Shown one piece after another: positions 1-9,274 of a stretch of 60,826 bases of DNA. Position 1 is the stretch's first letter, and every line of letters starts with the position of its first letter. The translations under genes and the position numbers were made by a program. Under the pieces are notes generated by a model. That model worked only from the letters and a program-made list of their open reading frames with translations, had not been told where the DNA came from and searched no databases. The DNA is from an uncultured Spirochaetales bacterium (GTDB taxonomy: Bacteria > Myxococcota_A > UBA9160 > SMWR01): NCBI GenBank assembly GCA_964649065.1, contig CAZYOL010000004.1, positions 1 to 60,826 of the forward strand, written 5' to 3'.

Positions 1-2
1 TC

Positions 3-827
3 GGCCACCTCGGCGCGCCGGCGCTCGGCCTGGTGGGCGCGGGCTTCGCCACCGCGCTCACGCGGGCCTTCACCTGCCTGGGCCTGGTCGCCCTGGTGCT
101 CGGCCTGCGCCTGCACCGGGGCGCCTGGCGGCCCTGGGATCGCGGCGCCCTCGACGCCGGGCGGCTCTGGGCCCTGGCGCGCCTGGGCGTGCCGATCGCC
201 TTCCAGATGGGACTCGAGATGTGGGCCTTCGGGGCGGCCTCGCTGCTCGCCGGGCGCATCGGCGGCGTGGAGGTGGCCGCCCACAGCGTCTCCATCAACC
301 TGGCGGCCATGGCCTTCATGCTGCCGCTCGGCCTCTCCCAGGGCGCGGCCACCCGGGTCGGCAACCAGATCGGGGCCGGAGATCACGCTGGGGCTCAGCG
401 CGCGGCCTGGGTCTCGCTGGCGATGGGCTCCGGCATCATGGGGATCTCGGCGCTGGCCTTCGTGGCGCTCCGCGAGATCCTGCCGCGCATCTACACCCCG
501 GAGCTGCCCGTGATCGAGGCGGCCGCCGCGGTGCTGCCCATCGCCGCGGCCTTCCAGATCTTCGACGGCACCCAGGTGGTCGCCTGCGGGATCCTGCGGG
601 GGATGGGGCGCGTGCGTCCGGCGCTGCTGGCCAACGCGATCGGGTACTGGTGCCTGGGCCTGCCGCTCGGCGCCTACCTGGGCCTCTTCGGAGGCTGGGG
701 GCTGGCCGGAATCTGGTGGGGCCTGTGCCTCGGCCTCGGCGTGGTCGCCTCGCTGCTGGTGGGCTTCGTCTACTACCGCGGGCCCGCCTCCGTGGGCGCC
801 GACTGGCCCGCGCACCGCACCGCCTGA
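3..827 (+). CDS. MATE family efflux transporter (NorM-like), 5' truncated by window edge
   Basis: Frame is open from position 3 (GHLGAPALGLVGAG...). Multiple TM helices; MATE motifs LGVPIAFQMGLE, RVGNQIGAG, FQIFDGTQVVACGILRGMG. Confidence 0.92.
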   Translation, partial: GHLGAPALGLVGAGFATALTRAFTCLGLVALVLGLRLHRGAWRPWDRGALDAGRLWALARLGVPIAFQMGLEMWAFGAASLLAGRIGGVEVAAHSVSINLAAMAFMLPLGLSQGAATRVGNQIGAGDHAGAQRAAWVSLAMGSGIMGISALAFVALREILPRIYTPELPVIEAAAAVLPIAAAFQIFDGTQVVACGILRGMGRVRPALLANAIGYWCLGLPLGAYLGLFGGWGLAGIWWGLCLGLGVVASLLVGFVYYRGPASVGADWPAHRTA

Positions 828-864
828 TCGCGCCCGGTGGCGGCGCCCGAAGGGGCTGGGCCCG

Positions 865-1392
865 CTAGCGGTGGGCGAAGAGCGCGCGCAGGGCCACCCG
901 CCGGCCCCGCCCGCCGTCGGCCCGGTGCTGGAGCGCGGCCAGCTGCTCCTCGACGGGGCCCAGGGTCCACAGCGCCTCCACCGGGAGCCCTTCCAGGGGT
1001 CGGCCGGGCCGGTTCAGCTCGCAGATGCCCCGCTGCTCCTGGATCTCGCCGTCCTCCTCGCGCTCCCAGAGCCAGCGCAGCGGCAGGCCCTGGGTGCGAC
1101 AGACGTAGGGCCGCTCGGCGTAGACGCGGCAGGTGCCCCTCTCGGACAGGAAGGCGCAGCGGCCCGGTGGATGCGGCCGGCCCGAGGCGAGCAGCTCCGG
1201 GTGGCGCCGCCGGATCCGCTCCGCCTCGACCTCGAACACCGTCAGGTCGTCGCCGCAGCAGCCGCTGCAGCCCGCGCGACAGCTCAGGCGCTCCCGGTGG
1301 CGCTCGGCCAGGGCCCCGGCGTTCCGGTCGACCCGATCGTGGATGTCGACCAGCGGCAGCAGCGAGGCCGGGGAGGGCGCTTCGTCCTTCAC
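865..1392 (-). CDS. YkgJ-family cysteine-cluster (CxxxCxxCC) protein
   Basis: CRAGCSGCC ... CAFL ... CRVYAERPYVCR. GTG start at 1392 chosen because TAGCCT (-10-like) lies 7 nt upstream. Confidence 0.85.
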   Translation of the reverse strand: MKDEAPSPASLLPLVDIHDRVDRNAGALAERHRERLSCRAGCSGCCGDDLTVFEVEAERIRRRHPELLASGRPHPPGRCAFLSERGTCRVYAERPYVCRTQGLPLRWLWEREEDGEIQEQRGICELNRPGRPLEGLPVEALWTLGPVEEQLAALQHRADGGRGRRVALRALFAHR

Positions 1393-1435
1393 GTCGCCCA
1401 GGCTAGCGCCCGGACTTCTCGGGTAGCCTGAGGGC

Positions 1436-2680
1436 GTGCGCCGTCGCTGCCTCCTCGCCGCGCTGACCCTGGCGCTCGCCTGCGCGACGGCCGAGAGCCC
1501 GCTGCGGCCGGAGACCGTCGCGGAGAGCCCCGGGGCGTCGGGCTCCGACTCGGCCGGCTCCGCTCTCCAGTGGGTGACCCCGCATCCCGGAGCGGTCCTG
1601 AAGAGCCGCTCCGGCCTGCTGGAGGTCGGCGGGCGCGTGGGCTGGGACTGGCTCTTCGAGGCCGACGTCGTGATCGCCATCGACGCCTCGCGCGCCGCGC
1701 TGCTCGCCTCCGGTCTCGACGTGGACGGCGACGAACGCCTCGGAAGCACGCACCGCTTCGCGCGCTTCGGACGCACGGGGGTGCACGCTCCTCCGCGCTG
1801 GACCTCGGACCCGGGCGACACCATCTACCGGGCGCAGGTCGCCGCGGCGCGCCGGCTGATCGCCGCCCTCGACTCGCCGCAGACGCGCATCGGGGTGCTT
1901 CGCTACGGCAGCGAGGCGCGGCCCGAGGTGCTGCTGGGCTCCGCCGCCTCGGCCCTGGAGGCCATCGACTCCCTGCCCCGGCCCAACGACCTCTCCGGCG
2001 TCGACGTGCGGCGGGCGCTGCGGCTCGCCTACCGGATGCTGCTCGAGGTGCCCAGCGCACCGGGGCCCGAGCCCCCGCGCGTGGTGCTGCTGCTCTCGAG
2101 CGGCGAGGCGACGCTGCCCGGCGGCTCCCACTGGGCCCGCGAGACCGCCCTCGAGGAGGCGCGGCGCCTCTCCGAGAGGCGGGTCGCCCTGTGTCCCTTC
2201 GCCTTCGGGGAGGAGCTGCTGAGCGGCGAGCGAGAGGGCCCCGAGCGCCTCGACTTCCTCGGGCGGCTGGCGGCGACGACCGGCTGCGCGGCCTTCCTCG
2301 TCGACGAGCTCGCCGCGCTCGACTTCGACCGCTCGCCGCGCCTGCTGAGCACCCGCAGCGTCGCGATCCGCAACGGCAGCACCGGTCGCACGGCGCGCGC
2401 CGTGCGCCTGCTGCCGAGCGGCGCCTTCGACGGCTTCGTGGAGCTGGTCCCCGGGGCGAATCGCATCGAGGTCGAGGCGCAGCTCTCCGACGGGCGCGTG
2501 CTGCGAGAAGTCCGGGAGGTGCACTACGAGCCGGCGGAGCGGGAGACCCGCGCCGAGCGCCGCGCGACCGCGCGCATGCTGCTGCGCCTGCGGCGCCGGG
2601 GCGAGGAGCTCGACGCGACCGCGCCGAGTCCCTCCGAGCCCGAGGCGCCCCTCCCAACCGGTCCGTCGGCGACGGACTGA
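1436..2680 (+). CDS. VWA-domain lipoprotein
   Basis: Lipobox LALAC; DVVIAIDASRA (degenerate MIDAS), RIGVLRY, VVLLLSSGE; C-terminal beta-rich region (FDGFVELVPGANRIEVEA). Confidence 0.7.
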   Translation: MRRRCLLAALTLALACATAESPLRPETVAESPGASGSDSAGSALQWVTPHPGAVLKSRSGLLEVGGRVGWDWLFEADVVIAIDASRAALLASGLDVDGDERLGSTHRFARFGRTGVHAPPRWTSDPGDTIYRAQVAAARRLIAALDSPQTRIGVLRYGSEARPEVLLGSAASALEAIDSLPRPNDLSGVDVRRALRLAYRMLLEVPSAPGPEPPRVVLLLSSGEATLPGGSHWARETALEEARRLSERRVALCPFAFGEELLSGEREGPERLDFLGRLAATTGCAAFLVDELAALDFDRSPRLLSTRSVAIRNGSTGRTARAVRLLPSGAFDGFVELVPGANRIEVEAQLSDGRVLREVREVHYEPAERETRAERRATARMLLRLRRRGEELDATAPSPSEPEAPLPTGPSATD

Positions 2681-2689
2681 TCCGGCTCG

Positions 2690-4876
2690 CTACGGGCCCG
2701 CCAGCGCCGCCCGGGTCGCCTGCAGCGAAGGGTCCGCGGGACGGCGCGCCAGGGCCGCGTCCAGCAGCTCGCGGGCGCGCTCGCTCTCCCCCAGCTCGTG
2801 CAGGGCCAGCACGTGGGCCAGCACGAAGCGCGGCTCGTCGGGGGCCTGCTCGGCGGCCACGCCCAGCTCGACCACCGCCCCCGCCAGGTCTCCCCGGCGC
2901 ACGAGCAGCAGGCCCAGGGCGTGGTGGAGGGCGGAGGTCGGCGTCGCCCGCGCGAGGCCCCGGCGCAGGATCTCCTCACCCTCGTCGTCGCGCCCCGCCT
3001 GCCGCAGCAGGTCGGCCAGGTTGGCGTAGGCCGGCGCGTAGCCCGGGTCGAGCTCGAGGGCGGTCTCGTAGGCCAGCGCCGCGGCCTGAATCGCCCCGGA
3101 CCGGGCGGCCAGCATCCCCAGGCCGAGCTGGGCCTCGGGCCGATCCGCGTGAGAGCGCAGGGAGCTCCGGAGCTCGGCCAGGCCGCGCTCCAGGGCCTCG
3201 CGCGCGGGCGGGGGCAGGGCCTCGCCCGGGAGGTCCGAGAGGGCCAGGGCCGCCTCCAGGCGCACGACCCTGCGCGCGTCTCCCAGCAGCGGGACGGCCT
3301 GCGCGAGCCGCGCGCGCGGCTCCAGCGCCCGGGAGGCCTCGGCGGCGGCCATGCGGACCAGGGGCGATGCGTCGCGCGCGCCGCGGCCGACGGCCCCGGC
3401 GAGCGACGGGCCTGCGAGCTCGCCGAGCAGCCGCAGCGCGGTGGCCCGGGCGATCGCCGGGGCAGACCGGTCGCGCAGCAGCCGACCGAGCTCGGTGTCG
3501 GAGCCTTCGCGGCGCTCGCGTCCGGCCGCGAGGGCCAGCCCGTAGTGGGGCGTCCCGAGGCGCTGGACTCCCCAGGCTTCCAGTGCGGCCGCCGCCCAGG
3601 GGGGGTCGCGGTCGGCGTGGCAGGCGGTGCAGGCATCGGTGGCCCCGGTCCGCTCGGCCAGGTCCGGACGCGGTACGCGAAAGCTGTGATCGTGGCGCTC
3701 GTCGATCCTCATGTAGGTGCGGCTCGGCATGTGGCAGGCGACGCAGCTCGCCCCGGCGGAGTCGACGGGGTGGCGGTGGTGATCGGGTGTCGCGAAGGCC
3801 TCGGCCCGATGGCAGCGCCCGCAGGTGGCGTCGGGCCCGTCCACCAGGGCCAGGGAGTGGGGATCGTGGCAGTCGCTGCAGCTCACGCCCTCGGCGTACA
3901 TGCGGCTCTGCAGGAAGGAGCCCCAGACGTAGACCTCGCCCCGGATCTGGCCATCGGCGAAGTAGAGGCCCGGGTCGAGCAGGGCAGGGCGGTAGTCGTC
4001 GAGGAACGCGACGCCGGGCGTGTGGGCGTCGCTCAGGGCGCTGCGTCTCGAGTGGCAGGGGGCGCAACGCTCCACCTCGCGCTGCTGCTCGCGGCGGGGC
4101 ACGCGTCGGGCAATGGCCTCGCCGGGGAGGAAGCGGAACTCGCCGGGCTCGCCGAGCGGGGCGCCCCAGCCCGTCGATCCGGGGCTCGGTGCTCGCGCCC
4201 ACTCGACGTGCCGGGAGCCCGGTCCGTGGCAGGCCTCACAGCCCACGTCGAGCTCCGCGAAGCGCGTCGAGTAGGTCCGCGTCGCGGCGTCGTACCGCTT
4301 CTCGAGCCGGGTCGAGTGGCAGTCGGCGCACATGTGGTTCCAGGTCTGGTCGACCCCGGCCCAGTGCAGGGCGTCGCCCGGCCGGGGCGGGTCGTCCGGG
4401 TAGAGGTGCAGCCAGCGCTGGCCTCCTCGCTCCGCCGGGCGCGCGTCCCAGGCCACGCCCAGGGCCTGCAGGCGACCGGATCCCGCGCGCAGCAGCAGCT
4501 GCTGCAGGGGGTCCACGCCGAAGACGTAGGCCACCTCGTAAGGCCGCGGCGCGCCGTCGGGCCCCGAGGCCTCGACGAGGTAGCGCCCAGCGCGGCGCAG
4601 GAAGCGCGTCCGCTCGTCTCCCTGGCTGTGCAGTCTGCCGTCGAAGGCGCCGAGCACGGTGTCCTCGCCGACCTCCTGCATGGCCAGGTCGTGGTGCGAG
4701 CCCCGCCACAGTGAGGCCTGCTGCGGGTGACAGTCGATGCACACGGGGCTTCCCACCAGGAGCGGGGCAGCGGCGATCGGCTCGTCCTCGACCGCCGGAG
4801 GAGCCGGCGGCTCGCCACAGGCCCCGAGCACGCCGAGGGCGAGCGGAACGAGAGCTGCGGCCCTACGCGGCGGCAC
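2690..4876 (-). CDS. Octaheme c-type cytochrome with HEAT and TPR repeats (lipoprotein)
   Basis: Eight CxxCH motifs (CIDCH, CADCH, CEACH, CAPCH, CSDCH, CGRCH, CVACH, CTACH); lipobox VLGAC; HEAT-like DASPLVRMAAA; TPRs (ALELDPGYAPAYANLA). Confidence 0.9.
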   Translation of the reverse strand: MPPRRAAALVPLALGVLGACGEPPAPPAVEDEPIAAAPLLVGSPVCIDCHPQQASLWRGSHHDLAMQEVGEDTVLGAFDGRLHSQGDERTRFLRRAGRYLVEASGPDGAPRPYEVAYVFGVDPLQQLLLRAGSGRLQALGVAWDARPAERGGQRWLHLYPDDPPRPGDALHWAGVDQTWNHMCADCHSTRLEKRYDAATRTYSTRFAELDVGCEACHGPGSRHVEWARAPSPGSTGWGAPLGEPGEFRFLPGEAIARRVPRREQQREVERCAPCHSRRSALSDAHTPGVAFLDDYRPALLDPGLYFADGQIRGEVYVWGSFLQSRMYAEGVSCSDCHDPHSLALVDGPDATCGRCHRAEAFATPDHHRHPVDSAGASCVACHMPSRTYMRIDERHDHSFRVPRPDLAERTGATDACTACHADRDPPWAAAALEAWGVQRLGTPHYGLALAAGRERREGSDTELGRLLRDRSAPAIARATALRLLGELAGPSLAGAVGRGARDASPLVRMAAAEASRALEPRARLAQAVPLLGDARRVVRLEAALALSDLPGEALPPPAREALERGLAELRSSLRSHADRPEAQLGLGMLAARSGAIQAAALAYETALELDPGYAPAYANLADLLRQAGRDDEGEEILRRGLARATPTSALHHALGLLLVRRGDLAGAVVELGVAAEQAPDEPRFVLAHVLALHELGESERARELLDAALARRPADPSLQATRAALAGP

Positions 4877-4922
4877 CTCCGCACTCTAGCCCCCCGATTC
4901 CCGGCGAGTGCCGCGCGCCCCT

Positions 4923-4949
4923 CTCAATGCCGCCGCTGGGCCGACCGAT
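4923..4949 (+). promoter_or_regulatory. sigma28/FliA-like promoter
   Basis: CTCAAT-N15-ACCGAT upstream of the RBS and ATG at 4980; same spacing as three other sites in the window. Confidence 0.5.
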
Positions 4950-4979
4950 CCAGCCACGACAGCAAGGAGGTCCCCCCGA

Positions 4980-5747
4980 ATGGAGCTCTTCCTCTACGCC
5001 CTCATCGGCCTGGTCGCCACCTCGGCTGCCTGCGAGTGGTGGATGCGGGCCGCGGTGAGGCGCGGCGCCCGCCAGACCGTCGAGATGAACCGCGCCCTGT
5101 ACAGCGGATCCCACGAGTTCGCCGCGGTGAGCGCCGCGGACTTCGGGCGTCTGGACCTGGCCTTCTACGATCGCATGCGCAGCCTGCTCGAGGCCGAGGG
5201 CTTCCGCTACCTGGGCGACGTGGAGGATCTGACGATCACGCGCCAGTCCCCGAGTCTGCGCACCTTCATCCGGGCCATGAGCGGCGACCGCGGCGAGGTG
5301 ATGGCGAGCTTCTACCACGTGAAGGCGCGGGGCTGGATGGCGCTCTTGCAGGGGGTGGGACTGATCCCCCGCCGGCTGAAGATGCTCGACCTGGAGAGCG
5401 AGCTCTCGGACGGCTCATGGGTCATCACGGCCAACGCCCTCCACCTGGACACCACGCCCGCCCCGGAATCGATGGACCTGGAGCGGCTGCCCGTGCGGAC
5501 TCCGGCCCCCGAGCTGCTGGCGCGTCATCGCCAGCGGCTGCGGGCGGCCCTCGCCGAGCGGCCCGAGCTGCGAGCACGGCGGGTCGACTCCCTGAACGAG
5601 GCCCTCGCCGCCCAGGATCGGATGCAGCAGATCCGCAATCGCCAGATGGCGGATCCCGAGGCGCTGGTGGAGACCCTCGAGGCGCAGAACGCAGCGCCGG
5701 AGGCCAAGCGGATGCTGGCCGAGGCCATCCGGCGCACGGCGAGCTGA
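4980..5747 (+). CDS. Hypothetical protein with N-terminal membrane anchor
   Basis: AAGGAGG RBS; ATG at 4980; GC3-biased codons; hydrophobic N-terminus. Confidence 0.75.
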   Translation: MELFLYALIGLVATSAACEWWMRAAVRRGARQTVEMNRALYSGSHEFAAVSAADFGRLDLAFYDRMRSLLEAEGFRYLGDVEDLTITRQSPSLRTFIRAMSGDRGEVMASFYHVKARGWMALLQGVGLIPRRLKMLDLESELSDGSWVITANALHLDTTPAPESMDLERLPVRTPAPELLARHRQRLRAALAERPELRARRVDSLNEALAAQDRMQQIRNRQMADPEALVETLEAQNAAPEAKRMLAEAIRRTAS

Positions 5748-5752
5748 GCCGG

Positions 5753-6295
5753 CTACCAGAAGGCCACGTCGCAGCTTCGGGGCCGCCGCTCGCTGCCTCC
5801 CTCGGGCAGCTCGCAGGTCGCGATGACGAGCGGCTCCAGGCTCCCGTCGCCCAGCGGAAGCTCGACGCGTCCAGACGGCGGCCGGGGCTGGGAGACGCTG
5901 CGGACCAGCACGGCCTGGGTGGTCCAGGTGCAGATGCGATGGCCCGGGGAGCTCGCCCGGCAGCCGCGCGGAGGGCCGCCGAAGGTCTGGCTCAGCCGCT
6001 CCTCGGTGCGCGCGCGCAGGATGCGGTGCAGCCAGAGGCGCCGCGCTCGGGCGGCGTGCAGGAGCCGCTCGCGCTCGGCCCGCTCCAGGCGATCCCGCTC
6101 CTCGACCCGGAGCTGCAGCCGGGAGGTGATGCCGAGGGTCGCGACGCCCAGCGCCGTGCGCACGACCTGCTTGCCGTGCCGCTCGAGCCGCCCGTCGTCG
6201 CCCCGCGTGATGAGCCCCGAGCAGCCGATGGGGACCAGCACGAGTGTGAGCAGCAGAGCGATCTGTCGCTGCAGCGGAGCGCGCGGCGAGGCCAC
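5753..6295 (-). CDS. Hypothetical lipoprotein
   Basis: Signal peptide ending VPIGC; TAGACT 7 nt upstream of the GTG. Confidence 0.65.
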   Translation of the reverse strand: MASPRAPLQRQIALLLTLVLVPIGCSGLITRGDDGRLERHGKQVVRTALGVATLGITSRLQLRVEERDRLERAERERLLHAARARRLWLHRILRARTEERLSQTFGGPPRGCRASSPGHRICTWTTQAVLVRSVSQPRPPSGRVELPLGDGSLEPLVIATCELPEGGSERRPRSCDVAFW

Positions 6296-6343
6296 GCCCC
6301 GGAGTCTACCTGCGCCCGCTCCGAGGACGCGAGGAGCGCCGCC

Positions 6344-6949
6344 TCAGAGCCTGCGGAGCAGGCGGTCCATCCCGGCCTCCAGGACCCGGCCCTGCCGTGG
6401 GCGGGGCCGGCCGCCGCCCTGGGCCCGGGCCGCCAGGTGGTGGAAGGCGCAGTCCTCCTCGGTCTCCAGGATCATCTCCACCGGCGCCAGGCCCGCGCGG
6501 TCGACCTCGCCCAGCACGCCAGCCAGCAGCCCCAGGGCGTCCCAGGCATCGACCTGAAGGGTGAGGCAGCCGCCGAAGGAGTCGGCCTCGCGCAGATCGA
6601 AGTCGAGGACGCGCGGGACGGGCGGCGCGAGGGGCGGAGGTCCGCCGAGCGCCAGCGCGAGGAAGTCCGGCGAGGCCGCCTCGGCCGCCAGGTCGGGCAC
6701 GACCTCCAGCTCGGCCAGCCAGCCCGCAGCGGCGTCGCCGCGGGCGTAGCCGTTGCGCAGGCTCCAGCCCCGATCCGCCAGGGCCCGGGTGAGGCTGAGG
6801 GCCCAGCCCTCGGGCAGCGGGCCGGCGAGCAGCACCTCCAGCTCGCCGCCGGGTCGCCGCCGCTGCTCGCCCCAGGGAGCTCGCGCTCGCGGGGGCGCTC
6901 CACGCCCGGGTGCCTCGATCCAGGTCTGCAGCTCGAGATCGCGTGCCAT
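6344..6949 (-). CDS. Stand-alone tandem ACT-like domain protein (resembles the GlnD C-terminal ACT region)
   Basis: LTLQVDAWDALGLLAGVLGEVDRAGL resembles the ACT motif DRxGLL; ATG 6949 with GGGGG RBS; sigma54 promoter upstream. Confidence 0.6.
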   Translation of the reverse strand: MARDLELQTWIEAPGRGAPPRARAPWGEQRRRPGGELEVLLAGPLPEGWALSLTRALADRGWSLRNGYARGDAAAGWLAELEVVPDLAAEAASPDFLALALGGPPPLAPPVPRVLDFDLREADSFGGCLTLQVDAWDALGLLAGVLGEVDRAGLAPVEMILETEEDCAFHHLAARAQGGGRPRPRQGRVLEAGMDRLLRRL

Positions 6950-6980
6950 GCTCACCCCCTGCTCGCCGGCACCGAAGGTC

Positions 6981-6997
6981 AGCAAGACCCGTGCCCA
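6981..6997 (-). promoter_or_regulatory. sigma54 (-24/-12) promoter
   Basis: Minus strand TGGGCACGGGTCTTGCT = GG-N10-GC, matching TGGCACG-N4-TTGCW, about 32 nt before ATG 6949. Confidence 0.75.
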
Positions 6998-7162
6998 GCC
7001 GATGCTCCGCGCGGGCTGCGTCTGCGGGGGCCGCTGCGGGTCGGAGTCCGCGCAGGGCCGGCGGCTTGCCGGGGAGTGCTGCCCGCTCGCTGGGCAGGGC
7101 CTGCTCTCCCGGGATGCGAGTCGAGCTGCGCCTCGCCTGCCGCTCCGCTGCCTTCTGCCTTC

Positions 7163-7178
7163 CGTGATCCGTATCACG
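7163..7178. promoter_or_regulatory. CRP/FNR-family-like palindrome
   Basis: CGTGAT-CCGT-ATCACG perfect inverted repeat with GTGA-N6-TCAC core, in the divergent intergenic region. Confidence 0.45.
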
Positions 7179-7215
7179 TGCTGGGCGTCACAGGGCTCCG
7201 ACGCGGAGCTTCGTG

Positions 7216-7836
7216 ATGAGGCGTAGCGGCCTTTCCACTCTGCTCGCCCTGGCGCTGACTGCCGCCGCCTGCAGCTCCACGCCGCAGACGCCGGAGCCCG
7301 CGCCCGCGGCGGACCCGAAGGCGCCCGAGCTTCCGTCGGCCGGGCCCGGCGAGGACCTCAAGGCCGCGGCGGAGGTGGCCGGTCGCGCGGCCGGAGCGAC
7401 CTGGCGGGCGACCAGGGTGGCCGGCAGCGAGATCGGCGAGGCCGCCGGCACCGCGGTCCACGGGCTGACCCACGGCTTCGAGGAGCCGGAAGCGGAGGAC
7501 GACTACGGCCGGCCGCCCGTCGACTATCCGGCGCCGGTGCGGCACCACTTCCTGCGCTTCCTCGGGGTCTCCGAGCAGGCGAGCTTCCGCTTCGGCCGGC
7601 CGGTTCGCGGCACCATGAACAAGGGTATCCTGCGGGGCGGCGGCATCGCCTGGCGCGGCTACCTCCTGGACGTCGAGGTCGAGTCCCGCGAGGGGGTCTT
7701 CGGCGACGCCCGTCGCAGCCAGAAGTACGTGGTGCGCCTGCGCGACGGTCAGATCGTCGACGTGCACCGGGGCAGCGCCGCCGAGAACGCCTTCCTGATG
7801 CCCGTCGAGTCCCCTCCCGCCTCTCCCCGCCGCTAG
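7216..7836 (+). CDS. Hypothetical lipoprotein
   Basis: Signal peptide ending TAAAC; Pro-rich linker; coding-like codon bias. Confidence 0.7.
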   Translation: MRRSGLSTLLALALTAAACSSTPQTPEPAPAADPKAPELPSAGPGEDLKAAAEVAGRAAGATWRATRVAGSEIGEAAGTAVHGLTHGFEEPEAEDDYGRPPVDYPAPVRHHFLRFLGVSEQASFRFGRPVRGTMNKGILRGGGIAWRGYLLDVEVESREGVFGDARRSQKYVVRLRDGQIVDVHRGSAAENAFLMPVESPPASPRR

Positions 7837-7898
7837 CCCCGAAAGAGCTACTGTCACCCCCGCGAAGGGCGCCCGCGGCGCCGGATGCGGAGGAGCCC

Positions 7899-8888
7899 AT
7901 GCCCCAGGCCGAGACCCCGGAGATCCTGCGTTGGGAGACTCTCACGAAGAAGCGCTTCGACCGGATCGACCGCGATCGGGCCGTCGTCCTCGTGACCTGC
8001 TCGCCGCTCGAGGTCCACGGCCCCCACCTGCCGCTCGGAGCCGACGCCCTGGAGGGCGAGGGGCTGGCCGAGCGCGCGCTGCGCTTCCTCCCGGAGCGGC
8101 ATCGGGGTCGCCCCTTCCTGAAGCTGCCCTTCCTCTACACCGCGCCCGACCCCGTGCCCCAGGCGGGCTCGATCGCCTTCCGGCCCTCGACCACCCTGGC
8201 GGTGATCGAGGATCTGGGGCGCTCGCTGGCCGCCCAGGGCTTTCGCAACGTCTGGGTGTCGAACTTCCACGGCAGCCCACGCCACTTCCTGGCCATCGAG
8301 ACGGCCTGCGACCGCGTCTCGCGGGCTCACGACATCGCCATGGTCTGCGTCTTCTCGATGATGCTCTCGCGCCTGAACGGCGGCGGCTCGGAGCTGGGCG
8401 ACGTGCTGGGCCACCTGCCCGGGGTCGACAAGGAGGACTTCGCGGGCGACACCCACGGCGGCCTGGTCGAGACCGCACAGCTCCTGGCCCTGCACCCGGA
8501 GTGGATCGACCCCGACTACAAGGAGCTCCCGCGTCGCACCGTCGATCTCTGGCTCGAAGAGCAGGGCCGCAGCCGTCCCCAGGCCGAGCGCGGCAAGCTC
8601 GCGGCGCTCCCTCGGATGCTCGCCGCCTTCAAGGCCGGCATCCACTACTTCACCGAGGAGAGCTACGCGGGCTGGCCGGCCAAGGCCTCCGCGGAGCTGG
8701 GGGAGCAGATCCTCGACACCCTCGCGGCTCGCACCGCCGAGGTTGCGGCCCAGCTCCTCGACGGTCAGCTGCCCCCGGCCGAGTGGCACTCGCCGCTCTG
8801 GAAGCTGCGCCAGATCTTCGTGAATCCGGCGGCGGTGAAGATCGCGAACCGGCTGCTGGAGGTTCCCAAGACGGTGGGCGGCGTCTAG
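7899..8888 (+). CDS. Creatininase / creatinine amidohydrolase family protein
   Basis: LEVHGPHLPLGAD, SNFHG, DTHGGLVET metal-binding motifs; GGAGG RBS. Confidence 0.88.
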   Translation: MPQAETPEILRWETLTKKRFDRIDRDRAVVLVTCSPLEVHGPHLPLGADALEGEGLAERALRFLPERHRGRPFLKLPFLYTAPDPVPQAGSIAFRPSTTLAVIEDLGRSLAAQGFRNVWVSNFHGSPRHFLAIETACDRVSRAHDIAMVCVFSMMLSRLNGGGSELGDVLGHLPGVDKEDFAGDTHGGLVETAQLLALHPEWIDPDYKELPRRTVDLWLEEQGRSRPQAERGKLAALPRMLAAFKAGIHYFTEESYAGWPAKASAELGEQILDTLAARTAEVAAQLLDGQLPPAEWHSPLWKLRQIFVNPAAVKIANRLLEVPKTVGGV

Positions 8889-9274
8889 GCCCCGGGCGGC
8901 TCCACCCGGGCGGGCAGCGCCGTCGTCACCTCCGGGTCGACGTTCACGACGAAGCGGATGTCGTCCTCGGCGGCGAAGTTGCGGACCGCCTCCAGGAAGC
9001 GCGCGGCCTCTCCCTCCGGCGCCTCGACGCAGTCGAGCTCGATGATCACCCGATGGCCCGCGTAGTCCGGGTAGTCGCGCGCCAGCGCGCCGCTGGTGGC
9101 GTAGGCCAGGTAGGCGTTGAACTTCGCCTGCACCTCGGAGATCTGCTGGCGGCCGCCGCTCCAGGGCCGCTCCTCCAGCATCACCAGCACCACCTCGCCC
9201 CGCTCCGCGCTCGAGGTGATCAGGTCGACGACGTTCGGGTTGTCCACCCCGCGGCGGGGGAGCTCCTCGCTCAC
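8885..9274 (-). CDS. DUF6572-like protein
   Basis: VDNPNVVDLI...LVMLEERPW...QAKFNAYLAYATSG; GTG start overlaps the upstream TGA (GTGA coupling). Confidence 0.7.
   Translation of the reverse strand: MSEELPRRGVDNPNVVDLITSSAERGEVVLVMLEERPWSGGRQQISEVQAKFNAYLAYATSGALARDYPDYAGHRVIIELDCVEAPEGEAARFLEAVRNFAAEDDIRFVVNVDPEVTTALPARVEPPGA

Noticed and set aside
7899-8888. Mycofactocin cluster (mftE)
   Set aside because: No mftA/B/C/D/F nearby, and the radical SAM in the window lacks SPASM/MftC features.
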